DNA of 63,959 bases, filler included, from Licmophora abbreviata (taxonomy: Eukaryota): assembly GCA_900291995.1 (NCBI GenBank). It is 18 parts of 18 records of this genome, joined end to end, with 100 filler letters (N's around TTAATTAATTAA, not from the genome) between each part and the next. Parts side by side here need not be neighbours in the genome. Positions count along the whole stretch, not along the records: positions 17,422 to 24,089 come from OLMU01004711.1; positions 24,190 to 25,659 come from OLMU01004712.1; positions 25,760 to 28,470 come from OLMU01004713.1; positions 28,571 to 33,935 come from OLMU01004714.1; 14 more parts are not named here. The stretch is one strand, 5' to 3'. Under the pieces are notes generated by a model, which was given only the letters and a program-made list of their open reading frames with translations, ran no database searches and was not told the DNA's origin. This document shows, in pieces, positions 21,153 through 29,757 of the stretch (position 1 is the stretch's first letter; the number at the start of each line of letters is the position of its first letter). A program made the position numbers and the translations under genes.

Positions 21153-21273
21153 TTGCAACGGTCCCGCCGGCGCCTCGTTGGGCAAAAAGCGCTTCTCGCC
21201 AAGCCGGATGACCGGGATGCCCTTGGCCAAACGAGGCGTTTTGAGGCATCAAGAGACATCAAAAGGAGGCGGC

Positions 21274-21966
21274 ATGGACAAGATCGTTATTCTGACCGGC
21301 GCGGGTATTTCCGCCGAAAGCGGGCTTGGCACCTTTCGTGACGAAGGCGGTCTTTGGGCACAACACCGGCTGGAGGATGTGGCCACACCCGAAGGCTTCG
21401 CGCGCGATCCGGCGCTGGTTCATCGCTTCTACAACGCCCGCCGGGTACAGGCGGCGGGGGCTGCTCCAAACGCGGCGCATCATGCCTTGGCCCGACTCGA
21501 GGCCGAGTATGGTGGCGATGTGCTGGTCGTGACGCAGAACGTGGACGGTCTGCACGAGGCGGCGGGCAGTCGCAACGTCCTGCACATGCATGGCGCGTTG
21601 TCGGGCGCCTTGTGCGCGGCTTGCGATCATCGCTGGCCCGCACCGCTCGAGATGTCGCCGCAGGACACCTGCCCGCGCTGCCGCGCGCAAGCCGCGAGAC
21701 CCGATATCGTATGGTTCGGCGAGATGCCCTATCACATGGAAGACATCTGGGCGCATCTGGAAGAGGCGGATATCTTCGCGGCGATCGGCACGTCGGGGCA
21801 GGTCTATCCTGCGGCGGCCTTCGGTCAGCACGCCGGTCGTGCAGGGGCGCATACGATGGAACTGAACCTCGAGGCGTCGGCCAATGTCCGCGACTTCACG
21901 GAGGTGAGGCAGGGTATTGCCTCGGTGATCGTGCCGGAATGGGTGGACGGGATTCTGGATCGCTGA
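21274..21966 (+). CDS. cobB: NAD-dependent protein deacylase (sirtuin)
   Basis: GAGISAESG, TQNVDGLHE, HG, CxxC...CxxC, RPDIVWFGE and GTSG.VYPAA motifs. Confidence 0.94.
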   Translation: MDKIVILTGAGISAESGLGTFRDEGGLWAQHRLEDVATPEGFARDPALVHRFYNARRVQAAGAAPNAAHHALARLEAEYGGDVLVVTQNVDGLHEAAGSRNVLHMHGALSGALCAACDHRWPAPLEMSPQDTCPRCRAQAARPDIVWFGEMPYHMEDIWAHLEEADIFAAIGTSGQVYPAAAFGQHAGRAGAHTMELNLEASANVRDFTEVRQGIASVIVPEWVDGILDR

Positions 21967-21970
21967 TGGC

Positions 21971-22005
21971 AAGGAAAGGCGGGCGCATTGCGCCGCCTTT
22001 CCTTT
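21971..22005. terminator. bidirectional intrinsic terminator between convergent genes
   Basis: aaggaaaggcgg-loop-ccgcctttccttt inverted repeat. Confidence 0.75.
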
Positions 22006-22017
22006 GTTTGCAAGACG

Positions 22018-22497
22018 TTACTCGGATTTTCCGTGCTGATGGCCCATCCCGTGTGCAGGCTTGCGCTCGAGATCGACGGGAACCTCGATCTCGATATCGC
22101 CGGCCTGTTCGAAGGTCAGGGTGAGCGAGATCATGTCACCCTGCTCGAACGGGGCGGTCAGGCCCATGAACATCACATGGTTGCCGCCACGCTCGAGCAT
22201 CAGTGTCTCGCCTGCTGTGATGGGAAACCCTTCGGTGACATGGATCATACGCATCACGCCCTGAGCATCCTGCGTATGCGTGTGCAACTCGACCTGTTCG
22301 GCGGCGGGCGAGGCCACGCCGATCAGGCGGTCGTCGGAGCCGCCGTGATTCATGATCGTCATGAAGGCGGCGCCCGAGGCCGCCATGGCTGCGGAGGACC
22401 GCGCATAGGCGTCGTTGATCATGATGTTCTGAGCAAAGGCGGGCAGGGCGAAGGCGGAAGCGGCAAGGGCCGCGAGAACGGTGGATTTGAAAGACAT
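22018..22497 (-). CDS. periplasmic copper chaperone PCu(A)C
   Basis: Signal peptide; ELHTH...GVMRM...GGNHVMFM motif; His-rich C-terminus. Confidence 0.9.
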   Translation of the reverse strand: MSFKSTVLAALAASAFALPAFAQNIMINDAYARSSAAMAASGAAFMTIMNHGGSDDRLIGVASPAAEQVELHTHTQDAQGVMRMIHVTEGFPITAGETLMLERGGNHVMFMGLTAPFEQGDMISLTLTFEQAGDIEIEVPVDLERKPAHGMGHQHGKSE

Positions 22498-22539
22498 GGG
22501 TGTCTCCTGATCTTGAGAGGTTTTGGAAAGACGACAGCA

Positions 22540-22887
22540 TCAGGAGTGCACGGGCGGTCCGCGCGCCCGTGCGGGCAGGCGTGTCAGGTCAAATATTTCT
22601 AATGGTAAATCAATGGTTTGAGTAAGAGACCACGTGGTCGGGCGCAGCAGGTCTGCCGTGTCGGTGGAGATGATCTGAAAAAGTGACAGCGCACATTCGG
22701 GACAGATATGCACAGCACCCGTGGGCTGGCCCTGCGCATCGACCAGAACCGTGACAGGCCCTGTGCCGGTGCACAGCACCATCTGACCCGCGGGGTCGGG
22801 CGCGTTCCGCGCGAGGGCCATGCTCTGCGCCGTGAGGGTCAGAACAAAGGCCAGGGCGAGGGCGAGATATGTGCGGACCTGTGTCAT
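22540..22887 (-). CDS. small exported Cys-containing protein (DUF2946-like)
   Basis: Signal peptide, LCTG, HICPEC and terminal ARARGPP; upstream of PCu(A)C. Confidence 0.7.
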   Translation of the reverse strand: MTQVRTYLALALAFVLTLTAQSMALARNAPDPAGQMVLCTGTGPVTVLVDAQGQPTGAVHICPECALSLFQIISTDTADLLRPTTWSLTQTIDLPLEIFDLTRLPARARGPPVHS

Positions 22888-22931
22888 GCGATGCAGACTA
22901 TAGCCGGGCGGCCGACCGGTGTGAAAGCGAC

Positions 22932-22965
22932 AAAAAGAAACGGCCCCACTGTATCAGAGGGGCCG
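22932..22965 (-). terminator. intrinsic terminator of rpmB
   Basis: cggcccc/ggggccg stem followed on the minus strand by TTTCTTTTT. Confidence 0.75.
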
Positions 22966-22993
22966 CGAAAATCGTCATGAAGAACCGTCCGTC

Positions 22994-23284
22994 TCAGGCA
23001 GCTGCAGCCTGCGCCTTGGAGATTTCTTTCTTCAGTTTCAGCGCGTTGGCCGAAAGTTCATCGTCCTTCGCCTTGGCGAGAAAGGCGTCGAGGCCACCAC
23101 GGTGGTCGACACTGCGCAGGGCTGCGGCGCTGATCCGGAGCTTGACGCCACGGTTCAGGGTTTCCGACTGCAGGGTCACGTCCTGCAGGTTCGGCAGGTA
23201 GCGACGCTTGGTCTTGTTGTTTGCGTGGCTCGAGTTGAAGCCAGACATGGGGCCTTTTCCGGTCAGTTCGCAGCGGCGCGACAT
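22994..23284 (-). CDS. rpmB: 50S ribosomal protein L28
   Basis: [10 protein letters not shown]...[16 protein letters not shown]. Confidence 0.97.
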   Translation of the reverse strand: MSRRCELTGKGPMSGFNSSHANNKTKRRYLPNLQDVTLQSETLNRGVKLRISAAALRSVDHRGGLDAFLAKAKDDELSANALKLKKEISKAQAAAA

Positions 23285-23450
23285 GGTGTTTCCTCGTCTT
23301 GGGTCAAGGGGGCGGTCGGCCCCTTCTCAATACAAACGGGCACCGCCAGCGGCAGCGCCCCGAATTCATCGAGGGTTCTTTATGGCCAAACGCGGGGGGC
23401 GTCAAGGGATTCGAACCAGACAGCCGGCACGTAATCTCGCAGGCGGTGAC

Positions 23451-23538
23451 TTGTGTAGGGTTCGTACCAATCTTACGCGCGTTTGGGACGGAAAACAGGC
23501 GGCGCCCCCGATTTTGTGTCCATCCCGTACACAAATCG
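23451..23538 (+). repeat. dispersed ~76-90-bp palindromic element, copy 1
   Basis: cgtaccaa...acgcg.gtttgggacgga-N20-tttgtgtccatcccgtac shared with 62741-62826. Confidence 0.75.
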
Positions 23539-23606
23539 CCTTGCGCAGACTGCGGACGGCCACGTGATCGGGGGTTGCCGCGCCCGGAAGGGAGCGTAGG
23601 GTGACC

Positions 23607-23636
23607 GCGACCCAGAGCGACCCAGAGCGACCCAGA
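23607..23636 (+). repeat. 3 x 10-bp perfect tandem repeat GCGACCCAGA
   Basis: Directly read; ends 17 nt upstream of the cupin ATG. Confidence 0.9.
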
Positions 23637-23652
23637 GGGAGGATTGAGGACA

Positions 23653-24060
23653 ATGGAAATCACACGGGCCGGGCACAAGCCCCACAAGCTGGCCAATCCC
23701 GATTACTTCACCGGGCGCGTCTGGCAGGAACTGATCGTCGAGGCGCAAGAGCCTGCGCGGGTGCGTGCGCTGCGGGTGACCTTCGAGCCGGGGGCGCGCA
23801 CGGCATGGCACACGCATCCTCTGGGCCAGACGCTGCATGTGGTGTCGGGCGTGGGGCTGGTGGCGCTGCGCGACGGCGCGCCACAGGTGATCCGGCCCGG
23901 TGACACGGTCTGGATTCCCCCGGGAGAGGAACACTGGCACGGGGCCGCGCCCGAGACGATGATGTGCCATCTGGCCATTCAGGAGGCCGATGATGATGGT
24001 CACGTGGCCGACTGGCTGGAGCATGTGAGCGATGCGGAGTATGGCCGCGCCCCGGATTAA
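23653..24060 (+). CDS. cupin domain protein
   Basis: VTFEPGARTAWHTHPLGQTL and PPGEEHWHGA motifs. Confidence 0.92.
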   Translation: MEITRAGHKPHKLANPDYFTGRVWQELIVEAQEPARVRALRVTFEPGARTAWHTHPLGQTLHVVSGVGLVALRDGAPQVIRPGDTVWIPPGEEHWHGAAPETMMCHLAIQEADDDGHVADWLEHVSDAEYGRAPD

Positions 24061-24366
24061 CCGGATCGCAAGACTTATCGTGTGAAATGNNNNNNNNNNN
24101 NNNNNNNNNNNNNNNNNNNNNNNNNNNNNNNNNTTAATTAATTAANNNNNNNNNNNNNNNNNNNNNNNNNNNNNNNNNNNNNNNNNNNNCCTGTGGTTGA
24201 TGTGCTGCGGTGGCCCTGAGGCGATGGGCGCTGGGCTTGCGCGTGCGATGCCTTGCCCCAACGCGGGCCGGTGCCCCCCCGACGCGGCCCGGCGTCCTGA
24301 GCCGCATGTTGCGGCGTCTAGGTACGCTTGGCCGTGCTTGAGGTTCACGGCGCGGCCCGGGCCGGA

Positions 24367-25341
24367 TCACCCCCGCCCATGCGGCGCGCCCAGATCCAGC
24401 TCGGGTCCTTGCGGGATGATCCGGTGCGGGTTGATCATGTCGTGGCTGTAATAATAGTGCCGCGTGATATGATCGAAATCCACCGTTCCCGCCACACCGG
24501 GCCATTGGGTGAGCTCGCGCAGATAGGCCCAGATGTTGGGATAATCCACGATCCGCGCGCGGTTGCACTTGAAATGTGTGTGATAGACCTTGTCGAACCG
24601 GATCAGCGTGGTGAAGAGCCGCCAGTCCGCCTCGGTCAGGCGCGCGCCCATCAGGTAGCGGGTCTGGGCCAGCTGCTCCTCCAGCCAGTCGAGCGTGTCG
24701 AAAAGCGGGCCGATCGCCGCGTCATGGGCGGCCTGTGTCGTGGCGAAGCCGGCACGATAGACGCCATTGTTGAGCGTGTCGTAGATCCGCGCGTTCACCG
24801 GCTCGATCGTGCTGCGCAGATCCTCGGGCCAGTAATCGTCGGTATTGCCGGTCAGCCCGTCGAAGGCGGAGTTGAACATGCGGATGATCTCGGCTGATTC
24901 GTTGGAGACGATCGTGTCGCGGGCCGTGTCCCACAGGATCGGCACCGTGACCCGGCCCGAGATGCCTGGATCGGCCCTTGTGTAGAGGTCGCGCGCGAAG
25001 CGCAGCCCGTGCAGCCGGTCGCCGGTGGCGCCGGGATAGTCTTGGCGGAATTCCCAGCCCTCGGATCCCATGTCGGGATGCACGACCGAGACGCCGATGT
25101 GATCCTCGAGGCCCTTGAGACTGCGGAAGATCAGCGTGCGATGCGCCCAGGGGCAGGCCAGCGACACATACAGGTGATAGCGTCCGCTTTCGGCGGCAAA
25201 TCCGCCCTCGCCCGAGGGGCCGGGCCGACCATCCGGGGTGATCCAGTTGCGGAATTTCGCGGTGTCGCGGACGAATGCGCCGCCCGTCCGGGCGGTGTCA
25301 TACCATTGGTCATGCCATTGGCCGTCGATCAGCTGTCCCAT
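24367..25341 (-). CDS. glutathionyl-hydroquinone reductase (GST Xi/YqjG family)
   Basis: YHLYVSLACPWAHR, VTVPILWD, NESAEI and NNGVYRAGFA motifs. Confidence 0.92.
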   Translation of the reverse strand: MGQLIDGQWHDQWYDTARTGGAFVRDTAKFRNWITPDGRPGPSGEGGFAAESGRYHLYVSLACPWAHRTLIFRSLKGLEDHIGVSVVHPDMGSEGWEFRQDYPGATGDRLHGLRFARDLYTRADPGISGRVTVPILWDTARDTIVSNESAEIIRMFNSAFDGLTGNTDDYWPEDLRSTIEPVNARIYDTLNNGVYRAGFATTQAAHDAAIGPLFDTLDWLEEQLAQTRYLMGARLTEADWRLFTTLIRFDKVYHTHFKCNRARIVDYPNIWAYLRELTQWPGVAGTVDFDHITRHYYYSHDMINPHRIIPQGPELDLGAPHGRG

Positions 25342-25654
25342 GGGTGTGCCTCCTGTTGCTCGATATCGATCTAGGCCCGGGGATGCGACCCGGGTAGCCC
25401 GTGCCGCGCGCAGGCCCCGTGCAGGTCCGCACATGTCGCGCACCGCCCGCCTTGTGGCGTTTCTCTGTTTGCGCCAGGGGGGCGCAGCTTCTATAGAGGG
25501 CGGGACGATGCCCGTGACCGGGCCGGAAAGATGTGCAGAGGGGGCCGACCCATATCGGGGGTCCATCAGCCTGCGATCGTCTGCCGCGCGACACCGCGCG
25601 GCGCGACTCCTTTCCCGGCGCGACGCGGATCAGCGACAAAAAAGGGGACCGCCC

Positions 25655-26969
25655 ATGAGNNNNNNNNNNNNNNNNNNNNNNNNNNNNNNNNNNNNNNNNN
25701 NNNTTAATTAATTAANNNNNNNNNNNNNNNNNNNNNNNNNNNNNNNNNNNNNNNNNNNNGTCGCGCAGCCAGTCGGCGGTGGATGAATTCGCGACACTGG
25801 CCGACAAGCTGCCGGCCTATCTTCCCGAGGGCTGGGAGATGGAATACGGCTATCTGGAATTCGCCAACCCGGTGATCCGCGACGGTCTGGACAAGCTGCG
25901 CGAAAAAGGCTGCGACCGGATCCTCGCGGTGCCGGGGATGCTGTTTGCCGCGATGCATTCCAAGAACGACATTCCCACGGTGCTCAATACCTATGCCGCG
26001 CGCCATGGCCTCGACATCCGCTACGGGCGCGAACTGGGCGTCGATCCCAAGATGGTCGCCGCCGCAGGCGCACGGATCCGCGACGCGCTGGCGCGGGCCG
26101 AAGCCGAGTTGGGGCCGGTCGATCTGCACGACACCTGCCTTGTGGTGATCGGGCGTGGCGCCTCGGACCCGGATGCCAACAGCAACGTGGCCAAGATCGC
26201 CCGGCTGCTGCAGGAAGGCATCGGCTTCGGCTGGTGCGAGGTGGGCTATTCCGGCGTGACTTTCCCGCTGGTGGAACCCTGCCTGCAGCATGTCACGCGG
26301 CTTGGCTACAAGCGGGTGATCGTGTTTCCCTATTTCCTCTTCTCGGGCATCCTGATCGACCGGATCTACGGCTTCACCGACCGGGTGGCCGCCGACCATC
26401 CGGAGATCCAGTTCGTCAAGGCGGGCTATCTCGGCGATCACCCCAAGGTGCTTGAAACCTTCGCCGAGCGCGTCACCGAACAGGCCGGCGCCAATCCGCC
26501 GCCCAATTGCGGCACCTGTCAGTACCGGACCCAGATCCTCGCGATCGAGGGCGAGGAGATCCGCGAGATCACCCCGGACCAACGCGCCGCCTTCGCGCAG
26601 GCGCGCGGTGCGGGACATGCGGCCTTCAGCGACGTGCCGCCGCCCACCTGCGTGATGTGCAAATACCGCACCGCCGTGCTGGGCTTCGAGGCCGAGGTGG
26701 GCGCCGTGCAGGAAAGCCACCATCACCATGTCGAAGGCCAGGGCGCCAGCGCCCCCGGCTCGAACGTGGCCGATTGCACCCTGTGCGACACGTTCTGCAC
26801 CGGTCTTTGCCGTCTCGAGGCGCAAGGGCATCACCATCACGATCATCACCACCACCACGATCATCCCCATGATCATGGCCACGATCACGATCACCATCAC
26901 CATCATCCGCAATATCCTCATGCCGATCACCCGCTCGGGCCGGAAAGCGCGCGGAAGACCCGGGCCTGA
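25655..26969 (+). CDS. cbiX: sirohydrochlorin cobaltochelatase CbiX (long form, Cys- and His-rich tail; 5' part split by gap)
   Basis: ATG at 25655 after AAGGGG; (G)SRSQSAVDEF, GYLEFA.P, AMHSKNDIP, GRGASDPDAN and PYFLFSG motifs; first gene of the cob cluster. Confidence 0.88.
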
Positions 26970-26974
26970 CAGGG

Positions 26975-27006
26975 TTCACCGTTCCTGAAATACTCCCGCC
27001 GGAGGC
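26975..27006 (+). repeat. 32-bp dispersed intergenic element
   Basis: ttcaccgttcctgaaatactcccgccggaggc; reverse complement of 29009-29040 matches at 28 of 32 positions. Confidence 0.8.
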
Positions 27007-27040
27007 ATCCGGCGGTGATCCCAAGACCGAAGGCTGCCCA

Positions 27041-27679
27041 TTGCGCCCCTATGAAAAGAACCCCTCGGCCATCTATGCCGAAAGCTTTGCAACCGTGCGC
27101 CGCGAGGCGCGGCTCGAGCGGTTCGGCCCGGGCCTTGAGGCGCTGGCGATCCGCGTGATCCATGCCTGCGGGATGATCGAGGTGGCCGACAGGCTGGCGT
27201 TTTCCGAGCACGCCTGGGAGGCCGGGCAATCCGCGCTGCGCGCGGGCGCGCCGGTGCTGTGCGATTGCGAGATGGTGGGCGCGGGCATCATCCGGCGCGC
27301 CCTGCCGGCGGATAACGAGGTGGTCGTCACGCTGAACGATCCGCGCGTGCCGGGCATTGCCGCTGGCATCGGCAATACCCGGTCGGCGGCGGCTGTCGAG
27401 CTGTGGGCCGACCGGCTGGAGGGTGCTGTGGTGGCCATAGGCAATGCGCCCACGGCGCTGTTTCACCTGCTGGAGCTTCTGGATGAGGGTGCTGCGAAAC
27501 CGGCGGTGATCCTGGGGTTTCCGGTGGGGTTCGTGGGGGCTGCCGAAAGCAAGGCGGAGCTGGCCGCGCGCCCGCGCGGCTGCGAGTTCGTGGCGCTGCG
27601 CGGACGGCGGGGCGGATCCGCCATCGCCTCGGCGGCGGTCAACGCGCTGGCGGCGGGCCTTCCGGAGGAGAGAGCATGA
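27041..27679 (+). CDS. cobH: precorrin-8X methylmutase
   Basis: IYAESFATV, RVIHACG, IGNAPTAL, PVGFVGAAESK and GRRGGSA motifs; TTG start. Confidence 0.94.
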   Translation: MRPYEKNPSAIYAESFATVRREARLERFGPGLEALAIRVIHACGMIEVADRLAFSEHAWEAGQSALRAGAPVLCDCEMVGAGIIRRALPADNEVVVTLNDPRVPGIAAGIGNTRSAAAVELWADRLEGAVVAIGNAPTALFHLLELLDEGAAKPAVILGFPVGFVGAAESKAELAARPRGCEFVALRGRRGGSAIASAAVNALAAGLPEERA

Positions 27680-27725
27680 GATTTTTCGCAGAAAAATCAT
27701 GGGGCGAAAATTCTGCGAATTTTCG
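27680..27725. repeat. paired AT-rich hairpins with GCA triloops on opposite strands
   Basis: gatttttc-gca-gaaaaatc followed by cgaaaattc-tgc-gaattttcg. Confidence 0.75.
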
Positions 27726-27737
27726 GGTTTGGCGCTG

Positions 27738-28976
27738 ATGGCTGATCCATGGCTGCATATCGTGGGCATCGGCGAGGATGGCATGGCGGGGCTTTTGCCC
27801 GCGACGCGCGCCGTGGTCGAGGCGGCGGAGGTCATCATCGGCGGAGACCGTCATCACCAACTGTCGGACAGTGTGAGTGCCGAGCGCATCGCCTGGCCCT
27901 CGCCTTTCGATGCGCTGATCGACACGCTCGGGGCGCTGCGAGGGCGGCGCGTGGTGGTGCTGGCCACCGGCGATCCGCTGTGGTTCTCGGTGGGGGCGAG
28001 GATCGGGCGCGCGATCGATCCGGGCGAGATCACCTATCACCCGCAGCTGTCGGCCTTTCAGCTGGCGGCGGCGCGCATGGGCTGGAGCCTTGCGGATGTC
28101 GAGACGCTGACCGTGCATGGCCGCCCGGTTGAACAGATGATCGCCTTCATCCAGCCCGATGCGCGGCTCTTGATCCTGACCACCGGGTCCGAGACGCCCG
28201 CGCAGATCGCGGCCTTTCTGACCGAGCGCGGTTTCGGGCAATCCACGATGACGGTGCTGGCCAATATGGGCGGCGCGGAGGAGGCCCGCTTTGACGGGCG
28301 GGCCGAGACATGGGACCATCAGGTGCCGGCCTTCAACACGCTGGCGGTGCATTGTGTGGCGGCCCCGGATGCCGCCCTTCTGCCCCGGGTTCCGGGCCTG
28401 TCGGATGATCTTTTCCGGCATGACGGCACGATGACCAAGCAGGAGGTGCGCGCGGCCACGCTGGCCAAGCNNNNNNNNNNNNNNNNNNNNNNNNNNNNNN
28501 NNNNNNNNNNNNNNTTAATTAATTAANNNNNNNNNNNNNNNNNNNNNNNNNNNNNNNNNNNNNNNNNNNNATGGATGCGCGCGGCGCGCTATGCCCGCGC
28601 GATCGGCATAGAGCCGCGCGCCGACCGCCGCGAGATGGCGGCGGCCAATGCGCTGGCGCTGGGCGCGCCGAGGCTGGAGCTGATCGATGGCTGTGTGCCG
28701 GAGGCGCTGGAGGGTCTGCCTGCGCCGGATGCGGTCTTCATCGGAGGCGGCTTGAGCCGCGAGACCTTCGAGGCGGCATGGCAGGCGCTGCGCCCGCTGG
28801 GGCGTCTGGTCTGCAATGCTGTCACGCTGGAAAGCGAGGCGGTGCTGCTCGAGGTGCACAAGGCGCATGGCGGGCAGCTGGTCAAGCTGATGGTCAACCG
28901 CGCCGAACCGGTGGGGGGGCTCACCGGCTGGCGGCCGCTGATGCCGGTCACCCAGTGGAGCCTTGTGAAGCGATGA
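27738..28976 (+). CDS. cobL: precorrin-6Y C5,15-methyltransferase (CbiE/CbiT fusion; split by gap)
   Basis: IVGIGEDG, LATGDPLWF, MTKQEVRA, PDAVFIGGG and NAVTLESE motifs. Confidence 0.92.
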
Positions 28977-29008
28977 GCCGGGGCTGGGGTCTGTGGCGGG
29001 GGACAGGA

Positions 29009-29040
29009 GCCTCCGGCGGGAGTATTTGGAGAACGATGAA
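29009..29040 (-). repeat. 32-bp dispersed intergenic element (inverted copy)
   Basis: Reverse complement reads ttcatcgttctccaaatactcccgccggaggc. Confidence 0.8.
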
Positions 29041-29055
29041 AGCGGGGTCCGGGCG

Positions 29056-29757
29056 ATGAGCGGCGTTCTTTACGGCGTGGGGCTTGGGCCGGGCGATCCG
29101 GAGCTGATGACGCTGAGGGCGCACAGGCTGATCGCGGGGGCCGAGGTGCTGGCCTATCCGAGCCTCGCCGGGGGGGCCAGTTTCGCGCGGTCGATCGCGG
29201 CCGGGATCATCCCGGAGGGTGCGAGGGAAATCGTGATGGACGTGCCGATGACGCCGGAGCGGGCGCCGGCGCAGGCGGCCTATGACAAGGGCGCGGCCGA
29301 GATCGCGGACGTGCTCGAGCAGGGGCAGGATGTGGTCTGTCTGTGTGAGGGGGATCCGTTCTTTTATGGCTCGTTCATGTATCTTTTTGCCCGGCTGTCG
29401 ACGCGTTATCGGGTGGAGGTGGTGCCGGGGGTGACATCGGTGACCACCTGTGCGGCAAGGGCGGGGATGCCGCTGGCGGCGCGAAACGAGCGGTTGACGG
29501 TGCTGCCCGGACCGCTGCCGGAGGCCGAGTTGCGGGCGCGGATCGATGGGGCGGAAAGCGTCGTCATCATGAAGGTGGGCCGGCATCTGGCCAAGATCCG
29601 AGGTGTGATCGAGGCGCTGGGTCTGACGGGGCGCGCGGTCTATGTGGAGCGCGCGAGCCTGCCCGAGGAGGTGGTGTGCCCGCTGGCCAAGGCGCCGCAG
29701 GTGGCGCCCTATTTTTCCATGATATTGCTGACCAAGGGGGCCGATCCATGGCTGTGA
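29056..29757 (+). CDS. cobI: precorrin-2 C20-methyltransferase
   Basis: YGVGLGPGDPELMTL, CEGDPFFYGSF and VIMKVG motifs. Confidence 0.93.
   Translation: MSGVLYGVGLGPGDPELMTLRAHRLIAGAEVLAYPSLAGGASFARSIAAGIIPEGAREIVMDVPMTPERAPAQAAYDKGAAEIADVLEQGQDVVCLCEGDPFFYGSFMYLFARLSTRYRVEVVPGVTSVTTCAARAGMPLAARNERLTVLPGPLPEAELRARIDGAESVVIMKVGRHLAKIRGVIEALGLTGRAVYVERASLPEEVVCPLAKAPQVAPYFSMILLTKGADPWL

Noticed and set aside
23380..23460. GGGATTCGAACC, the reverse complement of a tRNA T-arm
   Set aside because: No acceptor, D or anticodon stems can be built. It adjoins a CTTGAC -35-like element upstream of rpmB.
24190..24366. Possible gene fragment after the gap
   Set aside because: No frame has convincing codon bias or a motif, so it cannot be supported.
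25342..25654. Expected cobalamin riboswitch upstream of cbiX
   Set aside because: No GGGAA...GGTG, CCCGCAACTGT, GCCACTG or AGNCAGGAGACC elements found by eye. An Infernal scan would be decisive.
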